Positions 52,101 through 63,367 of a stretch of 64,000 bases of DNA are shown piece after piece. The notes beneath the pieces were generated by a model. That model did not search any database. It worked only from the letters and a program-made list of their open reading frames with translations, and was not told the origin of the DNA. Numbering within the stretch: the stretch's first letter is position 1; each line of letters opens with the position of its first letter. The stretch comes from Fimicolochytrium jonesii (taxonomy: Eukaryota). The position numbers and the translations under genes are program-made. Location of the stretch: the NCBI RefSeq assembly GCF_025526975.1, contig NW_026515689.1:62001-126000 (forward strand), written 5' to 3'.

Positions 52101-52411
52101 ATTACCACAACTCACCTCCTTCCCCACCTCCTCCCCATCCCCACTAACACCGTCCCCATCAACAAAAACCCTGGCAAAAATCGACCGCGTGCCCACCCTT
52201 CCATCCCCTTCATGTCCAGTCTTTGAAGCCTCGCTCTGCCGCCATTGCTGCAGGAGACCGACTAGCGGTGGGCGGCCGTGTTCTGTAAATGATTGGGGGG
52301 AACGGACAATGATCAGACATGGGTCAAGGAGGACAACATGGAAGGACGTGGCACTTATTCACCGGCCCATTTTAGGGAGAGGTTGTGTGTGTATGTTGGC
52401 GTGGGGTTCAT
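49104..52411 (-). CDS. armadillo/HEAT-repeat protein, multi-exon; 5' end uncertain
   Basis: Spliced exons give LMALLDDEDHIAAQAAGSLANLAAHH..MVDCDVLPALMDAL..LLEQLLRAV and AIRRLVALLNAPEFYIRAEAV. Confidence 0.65.
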
Positions 52412-53597
52412 CTTTATCTTTTGCTTTTTGAGCCACACATAACCAGTATCAAGAGTGTTTTTGGGTGAAGGTGGATCTGGAGGTGGAATATGGAGCAGGA
52501 TGAGAAAACCGGACACTCGAAATGGGGACTTGTCCGAAAACGCGTCGGTTGGGATTGATTACGTGTTCGTTTCGACGCGACGCAATTGCCCCCGTGGGAA
52601 GGCGAGCTTTTCTCCCTGGGACTCGATTGGTACAGGGTTTGCGAGGTATGTGTGGGAGTGGGAGTCCTATGCCAGGAAAGGGCTATCGCTGCAAAAGCAA
52701 TCTCTGTTCGCTAGGGTGGACGAACGAGTCCTCCAACGGTTTTGTATTTGTTCCCCCACCACTTCCTCCTTGTTCGACGACTGTCGAGAACCACCTCGGT
52801 TGTATTCGCTGCGTCTCGTTTTGCGCCGCTCCCATGCCTACGTCAGAGTTCCTCGTGATTATGCTGCTGCGACGGAGACACAAGTAAGCGATTGAAGTGT
52901 TGAAAACATCACAAGCTGGCGTCGACCTTAGGCTCGTCCCTCACGTCATCCAAAGGGCTCTGGCCTGTCACCAGTTGTCCATCAAAGCCCGTTTACCAAG
53001 ACGATACGACCGTCCCGGATGCCCCCCGTGCGAGCAGTCTTCGATAGCAGTACCCGTCCCATCTTTTTTAGGGTCGGGTAATTCGGTACGATCGTTCTTG
53101 TGTTTCTTGTCGATGACAACTTGGGAGGCACACAGTTTGTGACACGATGGTGGTCGATGAAGGTGGGAATGGATCCTCCAAGGCAGATGGCGAGACCGCT
53201 TGGCACTACCAGTCGCTAGGCTGTTGCATTTTGGAATGGTGGAGAGGCGGAGGTGGGTCCAGGAAGCATCTCAGGCGATTCCGGATGCTGGACTCTTTGG
53301 ATTTGAAGGTAAAATGGTGGGGAGGGTCAATCCGGTTTCTTGTCCCTTTTTCCCATTTTATGCGTCTCCCACTGTTTCCGATGTCCGAAAGAGGGCAGTA
53401 GTGTGGGCGATAGAGTCGCGAGGCCACCCAAGAGGTCGGACTGGTCGAGGGGAAACCAAAATAATATTCCGAATGGCAAGATAGATGAAGACGGAGGTTA
53501 CACGATGGAGGGGTTGAAATGCATGACCTTGAAAAAATTGTACTACAGATGGGATGAAGAAAAAGAGGGCAACGGGACGTGGTACGCTTAGCGGCGA

Positions 53598-54947
53598 CTA
53601 AGCAGATTCGGATGTCGCAACAGGCGTCTCTTCAGTCCCTGCGGTGGTGGTAGTGTAAACATGATACATGACCTCCTTCGCCGTCAAATACGAAAACGAG
53701 TTGTTGAACTTCATCACAAACACCTCCTTCACCGCCTTCACAGCGCCCTTGGTGCTCTCAACGCGTTCCTCCGATCCCAGGACGCCGTCAGCAGGGTTCT
53801 CGCTCGACACAGGCGCCGCAGCAGCGTCTCCCTCCGTCGGTGATCGAAAACCGTAGGAGAAGTTGATATCGTCTGCGATGGTGGTGAATTCGTAGTGGAC
53901 AGTTGATCCGGGTTTCACGGAAACGGTGACAACACGGAACTGCCGGGCGGGGATATCGAGCCGCGTGACAGCGTCCAATTCCTGGATATCCGTCCCCGAC
54001 GACGACGGGGTCGTGAACCCGCCATACTGCGGCAACAATTGCGCCGGCGGGATCTGGTCCAACAACGCCGCGCGGGTGCCTCGTTTCCCGACCATCACAA
54101 ACTTGCTACTCGTGCGCTTCGACACCAGGCTTCCAAACACGTTAAACAAAAACTCGAGGTACACCGGCACGCCGAGGAAGAACTTCTTCTCGAGGAACTC
54201 CGGGTAGTACTCCTGGAAGATATTGATGATGTCCTTACTCGTCGCTTTCAGCCGCCTGTCAAGTGACATCCCCGTCGTGGAGTAGTCGTGCACCTGCGTG
54301 ATGGTCTCGACAGTGGTGCTCGGGTTGTTAAAGTCGAGTAAGGCGATGGCTTTTTCGTGGAGTTGGATGCGCCAGCGGAGGAAGTGGGCGGGGTTGTTGG
54401 CGACTTCGGGGGAGGAGATGTGCGTGTAGAAGTTCCAGGTGATGGGGGCGTTATGCTTGTCGACGCCGTGGATGGTGCCGAGGTTGGTGAAGATGGGGTC
54501 GAAGGTTTCGGTGGGGAGGCTGGTCATGCCAAATTCTTTCCTCCACTGATTAAATGAAGGACCCATGAGTATGGAAGTCGAAACGGCCTAGAGGATTTTC
54601 GGCCACGGACGCACCTTCAAAGTCCCAACCAACATCTTAACCGCATCCTCAACCTTGAACTCCCTCGCTCTCAAAAACTTCAACAAGATCACCGTCTGCC
54701 CTTTCGTCAGGTCTCCCTCCGCGCCAAGGTTGTCGACCGGAACACTCCATAACTTCAACTACCAAACAATCCAGAAATGCTCAGTCCACAACCCACAGTG
54801 AAACATGAAAGATACTCTCAACTCGTTACACACATGCTCAGGCTCGAAACCAAGGGCAGCGATCTGCGTCGCAGCCTCCTTGCGTAAGGCTTGCAGGGCT
54901 TCCTGCTGCGTGGGCGTGAGATTGCCGTAGTAGCCTCCGGCTGCCAT
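53598..54947 (-). CDS. Sec14/CRAL-TRIO lipid-transfer protein with C-terminal GOLD domain (SFH5/patellin-like)
   Basis: ILLKFLRAREF, FLRWRIQLHEKAI, QVHDY, FQEYYPEFLEKKFF.GVP, PQYGG. GOLD-like DINF...MKFNNSFSYLTAKEVMY. Confidence 0.88.
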
Positions 54948-55790
54948 TGTGTTGTTTGCGTTCGGGGAGAGTGTGCGTGAGAGGTGGAGGGATATGCGGA
55001 CAGCTTCAGTGTGAGCTGGGGGATGCTGCGGGATGGGGTGCTCGTCGGAAGAGGCTTTCTTCGCATGGCGGAAGGCGCTTCTCAGGGAGCTGTCGACGCG
55101 TGCGCATGCGAGTGTGGCTTTCCGGGAATTCGACAGCGCGTATACAAGCCAACACTGTACTGTATAACTTCATACAATATAGGGCTTCGTCTCCCCTACA
55201 TAGGGTTCAGCTCTCTGTCTGCATTCCTTTGCCAGCTACCGCTAACTCATCTCGAAGCGTTAATCAAATGTCATGGGGACTGATTGAGCAAGGAGAACAA
55301 AATGTATCCAGGAGAACAGAATGTACATCACGTCTGTACCACTAGGCGCTACATAGTAGACCGGATGCCCTAGCTACCTAGACCCATCCATTCTCGGGAT
55401 GTCCGCTCGAACCATCCCTTCAGCATGGGAGAACCTCAACAGAACAGTACGCCCGACCCGTTACAGGCCCCGTCAGTCTTACCAGACTACATTGAGCACC
55501 AGACCTTCCTGCAACTCTCGAAGTACAGTCAAGGAAAGATCATCTCACTACTCGTGAACCCCAAGAGTCCTCCAGCAGACCTGGACCCTACGGAGTTGGC
55601 AAGGGCTGGGTATCAGGATTGGACGCATTACAGAGTGATGAGGATACTAGACCATTCTCTATACTGAGCTCGGCTGTTTCGTCTGTGGAATCCGACTTGT
55701 GATCTCAGCTAGATAAGAAGATACGACAGGCATATGCCGTTGAGTGTATAATTTGCTCTCTTGTTAACTAAAGAATACGTACGCTCAAGT

Positions 55791-56673
55791 ATGGGGATCG
55801 ACTTTGAATTCCTCTTCCGGGAGCTGCCAGACTGTCAGATCCTTCTAGGCAGACAGTTCGTCATAGTCGCCGCTACAGACGCATACGTGACTGCAACAGA
55901 TATTACCCGTGCTGACTTGGTAGGTAAGTTCATCTTCGAAATGTTCCCGGAAAACACCGCAATCGATGGGGCTTCCGAGGGTCAGAGTGCGACTTCTAAC
56001 CTCTGTGCGTTGACCCCAGTCCTAAAGACTGGTGTTAGCGCGAACTTCAACACCATCAGATATGACCTTATAGAACGGAGCACAGGCATGTATCGGCCGA
56101 GGTACTGGATGATCACCGCCCTTGCTCTTCCTTACCAGGATCCTTCCTTAGCACCGAAGGACGAGATCGCTGAATACATTGTCTATCGGGTGACGGACGT
56201 GACGAAGACCGTACTGCACCAGCAAGACATGGACGAGCGCTTCAAAGTTGTTGGGATCGTCAAGCTCTTGGTGGACAGCGTCAGGGAGCACGCTATCTTC
56301 ATGCTGGATCCAAAGGGAATCATATGTACCTGGAACAGGGGCGCACACCGGTTGAAGCAGTATGAAGATTTCGAGATCATAGGGAAGAGCTTTTCTGTGT
56401 TCTACGTGGAAGAGGGACATCCAGAGGGGCAAACCTGCCAAGGGGTTGAAGTTGGCGCTGGAGTTCGGAACGTACGAGGACGCGTTCTGGAGAGTGCCAA
56501 AGGACGGGTCTCAATTCTGCGCCAACATAGTCATCACAGCGGTGCATGATCGGGATAAGAACCTTATCGGGTTCGACAAGGTAACAAGGGACTTGACCGA
56601 GAGGAAGAAGGCTGAGCAAAAGATCATCGATGCTTATGAGGACGCTTCTCGATTGAAGTCCGAGTTCCTAGCA

Positions 56674-56708
<35 letters not shown>

Positions 56709-57796
56709 GGTCATGTCGGCTGCCACGTTGCTCAACGGATTGAAGGTAGAAAATGAACAGCGCGAGCTACTTGACATTATCGTTGAGTCAGGGAAGACCT
56801 TGTTGAAGATCATCAACGACATCTTAGACTACTCAAAGATTGAAGCGCATGAGTTGAAGCGGACGCTAGTGCCGATGGGAATCCAGCGTGTTGTAGAAAA
56901 GATCGTGAGTCTATACCGACTGACGGTACAGAAACCGATTGAGATCCAAGTTTGGCTTGAAGGTGACCTGCGTCCCGTTTTGGGAGATGAGCTCAGGATC
57001 CATCAGGTTCTGCTGAATCTCCTAGACAACGCCGTGAAGTTCACCGATCGTGGACGGGTCGATATAACGGTGACCGTACCAACCCGATAAGAGCAAGGCC
57101 GATATCCGGGTGAGCGTGACAGATACTGGCATGGGAATGAACGATGTCACATTGGGAAAGCTGTTCAAGCCCTTTTCGCAAGGAGATACGTCGAGTCGCA
57201 AACGTTTCAACGGGAACGGTCTAGAATTATCCATTTGTAAGCAGCTTATAGAATTGCTGGACGGAACCTTGGCCGTGAAAAGCAGGGAAGGGAAGGGTTC
57301 GACGTTCACTATACATCTGCAGTTGACTTATGTATCAGATACGAGGAACACAAACACGCCGAACGGAGGAATCATCAACACGACTCCGAAGGAGCCTGTC
57401 AAAGCTTCACGACCACATGCCAATATCCTAGTGGCAGAAGACAATCCTATCAACCAGACAGTTGTCCTGAGAGTCCTCCGCAAGTTAGGATACGATAATG
57501 TAGACATAGCAATTGATGGTTCAGACTGTCTCGATAAGTACAAGCGGAAGCACTATGACCTCATATTGATGGACGTCCAGATGCCTATCATGGACGGGAT
57601 AGAGACAACGAGGGCCATACGCCAGCTCCAGTCAGACATATCCATCATTGCGATGACGGCCAATGCCCTGAAAGGTGATGATGACGTGTGTATATCAGCG
57701 GGAATGGATGACTACATGTCCAAACCTCTAGATATGCGACTGCTAGCCACTAAACTTGAGGAGCATCTGAGCCGAGTGAAGTCCAAACCAGGCTAA
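55791..57796 (+). pseudogene. intronless hybrid histidine kinase (PAS-PAS-HisKA-HATPase-REC) with two frameshifts
   Basis: H-box FLANMSHEIRTPMNG, N-box NLLDNAVKFT, G1 DTGMGM, degenerate G2 GNGLEL, receiver LMDVQMP..SKP. Frame changes near 56414 and 57085. Confidence 0.88.
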
Positions 57797-57914
57797 ACTT
57801 GATCAGCGGGGAGGACACCATCCAAATTGTGGCCTCGCCTAATGCTTTATAGACCGTTTGTTATTGATCTCACGTCTGGTAATAGTGCGATACATGATGT
57901 CCTACAAATCGGTT

Positions 57915-58751
57915 CTAAGGTACTCCGAAGAGTGCAGCTTCTTTCAGAAACTCGCCACAGGGGTCAACCTCGTCGCGACGACATTTGGTGAAGTCAATCC
58001 CAACATCAATCGTCGGTATGGCGGGGGAGCGGTATGATTCCAGAAATAGTAGACCTTCTGCGATGTCGGCAGGCGTCCAACCTGCATCCTTCCGCTCTAT
58101 CTGGGTGTGGAACGCTTCCGTATATCCTGCGTTTGCGGCGCTTGCTGTGTCGCCATTGCTACACCCGTTTAGCCACAGCGAAATTCGGCTTGTCACGGGG
58201 TCTACACGAGTCCCTCCGTTTCGCTGATCGCTCGATTCAGAATCGTCGGATGGTACCACTGATGGTTGCGTCGTAGAAACTGAGCGTTGCAGTCGCCTGA
58301 TCAAACCTTGTAGGCGAGCATCTTCTGCCTCAGACAAGCGGGGAACGGGTGTTCGGCAGGCTCGGATAATGCGTACACGTACAACAACGCCCGGGTCCAA
58401 ACACAGATATGAAGGATTGCTGAACGTACTCGGAAAAGTTTGGAGCGCTCGTTCTGAGTTATGTGACGGAGTGGGGCTTATAGCAAGGAATAGATTCTGC
58501 CTTTCCGGATGGTCAAAGAATTGCGTCGTTATGTCCGATCCGTCAAAGCTTGTTACCAAGTGAAGAAGATATTCGTTCGGAGAGGGAAGCTTCTGCGAGA
58601 CGTAGCATATCCTAGGAGTGTGTTGAGCGTCGGCTGCATTGTTGATGGAAGTTGGGGCTTGTGAAGCCGCTCCTCGTGAGTACGCAGCCGTGGCCACTTC
58701 CTCGGGGGTGACGATCAGAGCGGTGCAGAAAGAACCTATCTCAAGGGACAT
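57915..58751 (-). CDS. intronless hypothetical protein, possibly PemK/MazF-like fold in N-half
   Basis: Long ORF with RICYV...LLHLVTSFDG...ISP...SYL pattern. The fold guess is weak. Confidence 0.45.
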   Translation of the reverse strand: MSLEIGSFCTALIVTPEEVATAAYSRGAASQAPTSINNAADAQHTPRICYVSQKLPSPNEYLLHLVTSFDGSDITTQFFDHPERQNLFLAISPTPSHNSERALQTFPSTFSNPSYLCLDPGVVVRVRIIRACRTPVPRLSEAEDARLQGLIRRLQRSVSTTQPSVVPSDDSESSDQRNGGTRVDPVTSRISLWLNGCSNGDTASAANAGYTEAFHTQIERKDAGWTPADIAEGLLFLESYRSPAIPTIDVGIDFTKCRRDEVDPCGEFLKEAALFGVP

Positions 58752-59139
58752 GATATGCAAGTGACAAGTGATGCAAAGAAGGAAGTTTGACGTGGGATCA
58801 CATGTGGCGCAGTCTGATTTACGCGTACCGACATCCCTGCGCGTTACGACTGCAACGGCCAGTCTTCCAATTTCCGCTGCGAGTCCCGAAAGCACTGAAA
58901 GCACTGATATTCTTGGCAATATCCTGAATTACCAATTTTCTGGAAACAACATCCAAGCAACCTTGCAGCCTTATGGTGATGGAAACTTCAAAGGAATTTC
59001 CAACGACAGCGGTGGCGCTATTGGCAGCGGTGTGATTGATATTGAGCGGTTCTTGCGGCGTCGCGCGTGTGATATGATATGAGATGATCGGTTCTTGGGT
59101 CGTCGCGCTGGTCGGGTGCGTTTATGCTGCTCGTCCCAT

Positions 59140-59285
59140 ATGACCAAAGAGTGTGGATGTGCTTTACGCCATCGTTTGTAGGCAGGCGTGTATCGGAGTG
59201 TGGCTTCAGGTTCCCATGTAGGGTCAGGATAGCCGGTCCATTTGACTAGAAGATTTCGTACGGCGCGTCGCTCCTCAATGATATC
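59140..59285 (-). pseudogene. chromodomain fragment
   Basis: DIIEERR..NLLVKWTGYPDPTWEPEATL..AYKRW. Confidence 0.8.
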
Positions 59286-59321
59286 CGGATGAGCGTGACA
59301 GATACTGGCATGGGAATGAAC
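59280..59321 (+). repeat. 42-bp dispersed copy of 57101-57142
   Basis: gatatccgg(a/g)tgagcgtgacagatactggcatgggaatgaac, 41/42 identical, same orientation. Confidence 0.95.
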
Positions 59322-60235
59322 CATGGAGGCCTCAGACAGCCTTGACACTTTCCCAAATACTCCCGTATACATGTACATGATGGGCAGGTAGGTTGCCCCG
59401 AAGAAGGTAAGCCTCAAAGCCGTCTGCGCTGCCCACTCTCGCTGGTCATGAACTTTATATGTATACCACACCGCACGATCATGCACTCATTCGATACAAA
59501 TCCAACCGTCGGAATGGGCTGCCCGGATCTTGTCATAAATCACAGGGCCTCCGCAGTCACCCGTATCAGCGCTGTTTAGACGACGGATTTGATACTTATC
59601 CTGCATCCGTAGATGACTTGATGCACCGATAGGGTTGCATTGTCCTGAAGTGCGATGACGCCAAGGATCCCCGACTACCATCAGGGAGAAGTCCGATGCT
59701 GTCGGACATGCAGATGCACCCCCTCGTTGAGTGTCGTTGACCCCTGGTACTCATTATACTGACCGCCCTAGTCTCGTACAAGTGGCTATTCAGCGAAGCT
59801 TCGACGAAAAAGGGAAATTATAAAAGGAGTATGAAACGGGAAATGCAATCATGACCATTTGACTGCGGTTCTGCCTCAGTTGGGCCGTAAACCCAAATTA
59901 CAAATGGCAGATATACCCGAGTCCCATACTCCCAAGACAATTGGTGGTGCAGCAGCTGGGTATTGTAGAGTTGTTGCAAGATCCTTTTCCCCCGATCGCC
60001 TCGGACAAAGTTCAACGCGTAAAAGTAAGGGAAAAGGGGACGCGTCAAAGGAGTCACATCCTGCGCAGTCCCCAGGCCTTAAAACCTTGCCCTTCCATTC
60101 CGCAAAAGATATATCTAACCCAAAGGTATCTCGAAGTCCGCCGTCTTTGTGCTTCGTCCTTTTGTCTTTGAGCAAGGCTTCTACTCTATTGATATCTGCC
60201 AGCGTTCTGTTCAAAATACAGCAACGAACGGTAAG

Positions 60236-62587
60236 ATGCCGCACCCCAACGACTCCTCAGAAACGGTCATCCTACGCGTCAAAAGCGACGACGACGACGA
60301 CAACAGCGGGGATAGCGACGACAACGGCGACAGCTCGAATAGTAATCGGCGTCAAAGCGTTGATGCCACGCTCAATCACGATAATGGGGAAAAGGTAGCA
60401 GAAGACGAAGACGATGACCGCACGGCCCCAGGCAGCCCCAAATCCTCCTCCAGCTGCTCCTCGCCCGAAACCACGCCCATGCTCGGATTCCCGGAGAAGC
60501 AAGGGTTCCATAGTACCCGCATAGGCACTCCAAAGCGATCGAGCCACCCTAAACACCTCCCCGGATCCTCCAGGAAGACCTGCAACCCCCTCCGCACCTT
60601 CCTCAGCAACCCGACCCACTCATCCCCAGGTATCCTTTACATCTCCATCGTAGCCGCCTCCCTACTCTCCATCCTCTCCATCCTCGCGGTGCTCAGCACC
60701 GCGACGCCGCTGCAGGAATGGCGGCAGACAATTATCCAACATAAGCTGATGTGGTGGGATTCGTGGCTCCTCGGTCGTATCTCGGAACAGGAGTTGAAAA
60801 CCCTACCCCCGATGTGTCTGAACTACAAGCTGAACGCGATACATAACGAGAAACGGCTCATATTTCCGTTGGCGAATGAGACGTCCTACACCCCCGACCC
60901 GCAGCCGCGCGGGACCAGCAGCGCCTCAGGGCACGCGAACCTCAACCTCCTACCGCCACCGCAGATCTTCGCCGACGTGCCGAAAGATATCTTCTTCCTA
61001 CACTACAACCCAACCTTCACAACCTACCGCTACCTGTGCTCCGTCGAATCCGCCGCAAAGAAGAACCAAGACCACGCAATCACCATCCTCGCCAAAAACG
61101 TATCCGACCTCGACCACAAACTCACCCACTGGCGCTCTTTGGTCGGCTCGCAGATCGCCGACCGCATCACCGTCATGCCCATGCGCTACGCCCACCATTT
61201 CGCCGATACGCCCCTCCAACAATGGTGGGAATCCGGCGCGTGGAAACAGAGCACATGGGTTGGGCAGAACCTCGGCAACGCGTTACGGTTGGCCGTCGTG
61301 TGGAAATACGGTGGAGTGTACATGGACCTGGATATCATCTCGATCAACCCGTTGAGGGGCATGGGGCGGTCGATTGCGAGGGAGGAGATTAATCGGGTGA
61401 ATAATGCGGCGTTGAGGTTCCCGAGGGAGGATCCGCTTGTCTGGGCGTTGATGGAGGAGTTTGTGGAGGGGTGGAATGGATATATGTGGTGGGTATCGCT
61501 GCGTGCGCGTGTTTTTTTTGACCGGGTCATCTTATTAAACGTCTCTTCCCTTCTCATCATTAGGGCGTACAACGGCCCCTGGGCAATGACACGCATGTTC
61601 TTCAAACGATGCCAGAAGACGTGTCTTAAGCTCGGCATGATCCCCGCGGAGACGCAGGAGGAGATGGCCAAGAAGGGAGAAGAGAAAAAGGATGAGAAGA
61701 AGGATGAAAGCAAGGATAAGGAAGGGAATAAGGATGAGAAGAAAGCAGACGATACCGAAAAGAAGGAAGAGAAGAAGAAAGAAGAAACCGAAGAGAAAGA
61801 TGCGTCAAAGAAAGACGACGCGAGACCACATGAGGATGCGAAATCTCAAGAGACTGGTGAAAAGACCGAGGACGCGAAAACTGAGCACGGTGACGGCAAG
61901 GAGGTGCAGCCGTTGTCGGCTTCGGACGGAGGAACTCAGAAGGATGGTGAGAGGCATGAGGATGATACGGTTCCGCTCGCTGCTTCGGAGAAGAAGGATG
62001 ATGATGGCAAGAAGGACGAGGGTGATGACAAGAAGGCAGATGATGGTGGTGAAAAGGACAAGGCCGCCGAGCCAAAAGAAGGCGGATCCCCCAACAACAA
62101 CAACACAGAAGAGAAAGACAAAGCCTCCCGACACCCCCGCCACCTCACCGAAGTCGACCCGGACTACGCCGATCCGCACACGCCCCAACCCCCCTCCTCC
62201 CCTTACCCCCAAGAACACCCCCACCCCACCCGCCGCTCCCCCGACACCCCCGCAACCCTCCCCTTCGGCATGTCCCACTCCGACTACACCCCCGCCCACT
62301 CCGCCCAACTCCAGGACGCCCCCTTCTGCCAAAATCTCAACATCGTCGCCCCCTCCCGTTTCTACCCGATCCACTTTGGAACACGCGCAATCCTGATCGA
62401 GCCCTGGACCGAGCATTGCGATAAGATCCAGAAGTTGGAGATGGAGAGCGTGGGGTTGCATTGGTGGCATAATCTGGTGAATGATGGGGTCGTGTTGGGG
62501 AGGGAGAGTTTTTTGGGGAGCGTGTTTGGGATGGCGTGTCCCGCGGTTGTCGAGGCGTTTGGATTGAAGGCTTTGGAGATTGTTTGA
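60236..62587 (+). CDS. type II membrane alpha-1,4-glycosyltransferase (GT32, A4GALT-like)
   Basis: N-terminal TM anchor, CSVESAAK.N, NALRLAVVWKYGGVYMDLD (DxD), WAYNGP, RFYPI, LHWWH. In-frame 75-nt intron ~61489-61563. Confidence 0.88.
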   Translation: MPHPNDSSETVILRVKSDDDDDNSGDSDDNGDSSNSNRRQSVDATLNHDNGEKVAEDEDDDRTAPGSPKSSSSCSSPETTPMLGFPEKQGFHSTRIGTPKRSSHPKHLPGSSRKTCNPLRTFLSNPTHSSPGILYISIVAASLLSILSILAVLSTATPLQEWRQTIIQHKLMWWDSWLLGRISEQELKTLPPMCLNYKLNAIHNEKRLIFPLANETSYTPDPQPRGTSSASGHANLNLLPPPQIFADVPKDIFFLHYNPTFTTYRYLCSVESAAKKNQDHAITILAKNVSDLDHKLTHWRSLVGSQIADRITVMPMRYAHHFADTPLQQWWESGAWKQSTWVGQNLGNALRLAVVWKYGGVYMDLDIISINPLRGMGRSIAREEINRVNNAALRFPREDPLVWALMEEFVEGWNGYMWWVSLRARVFFDRVILLNVSSLLIIRAYNGPWAMTRMFFKRCQKTCLKLGMIPAETQEEMAKKGEEKKDEKKDESKDKEGNKDEKKADDTEKKEEKKKEETEEKDASKKDDARPHEDAKSQETGEKTEDAKTEHGDGKEVQPLSASDGGTQKDGERHEDDTVPLAASEKKDDDGKKDEGDDKKADDGGEKDKAAEPKEGGSPNNNNTEEKDKASRHPRHLTEVDPDYADPHTPQPPSSPYPQEHPHPTRRSPDTPATLPFGMSHSDYTPAHSAQLQDAPFCQNLNIVAPSRFYPIHFGTRAILIEPWTEHCDKIQKLEMESVGLHWWHNLVNDGVVLGRESFLGSVFGMACPAVVEAFGLKALEIV

Positions 62588-62878
62588 GAGGTGGGACGGT
62601 TTGAGAAGGCCAATTGCTTTTGTGACTATTTTTTTTCTTGTATTTAGTCTGCGGCTCATTTTGCTGTCTGATTAATGTGTACAGTGGTCTCTATGTATGT
62701 GAAACACAACCAACCTATTCATCTATCTGCCGTCCTGTTCGATCTGCGGGCCTGAACATGGATTGTACTCGACGCCGCTCCCCATGCGGATGTTCGGCAT
62801 CACCCGCACCCAAACCGAACTCTAGTCGTCGCCGCTCATCTCCATCGAGGATCCAGCCCCTCCATCGTTCCCACCCCC

Positions 62879-63367
62879 TCACAGCTCCATAACCATCCTA
62901 ACATGCTTAACCCCCTTCTGATCACTCTCACTCCCCTCAACAACGCTCATCCCCCTCTTCTCATAAAACCCAACCTGGTTCACCCTCGCGGTGCACCACA
63001 CCCCCGTGATCCGCTCGTTACGCTTCGCATCCTCAAAGACATGCGACAGCAACGCACCGCCGTATCCTTTCCCCTGGATTTCCGCCGCCGTTGCGAATTT
63101 GCGGAACCGGGCGATTTTGCCCTTTGATTGTTGTTGTGGTGTGAAATCTGAGGCGGGTGGGGACTCGATGAAGAGGGAGATGACGCTCACGGGGGTGGAA
63201 GAATCGGAGGCGAGGAAGAGGCCGTAGTGGAGGCCGGTGGGGTCGGCGGCGAGGGGCACTTCGGAGGGATGGTTGGGCCAGAGGATGGCGGTGCGGAGGG
63301 GGTAGGTGAGGAGGTAGGGGATGCGCCGGATTTCGAAGTCGGTTGGTTGGGGATGTGGGACGGTCAT
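62879..63367 (-). CDS. GNAT-family N-acetyltransferase, intronless
   Basis: RFRKFAT...QGKGYGGALL acetyl-CoA motif, WCTAR...GFYEKRG. Confidence 0.9.
   Translation of the reverse strand: MTVPHPQPTDFEIRRIPYLLTYPLRTAILWPNHPSEVPLAADPTGLHYGLFLASDSSTPVSVISLFIESPPASDFTPQQQSKGKIARFRKFATAAEIQGKGYGGALLSHVFEDAKRNERITGVWCTARVNQVGFYEKRGMSVVEGSESDQKGVKHVRMVMEL

Noticed and set aside
59487..59681. GDCGGPV protease-like motif
   Set aside because: A single short motif in a 64-aa ORF with no catalytic His/Asp context.
59818..60120. Ulp1-like peptidase relic (PQSNGHDC)
   Set aside because: It would fit a KDZ-type element, but one motif without the HW/D elements in frame is insufficient.
62879..63367. GNAT as a recent bacterial transfer
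   Set aside because: It is intronless but short, shows the host C/G block pattern, and similar GNATs are widespread in fungi. Transfer cannot be supported without a tree.
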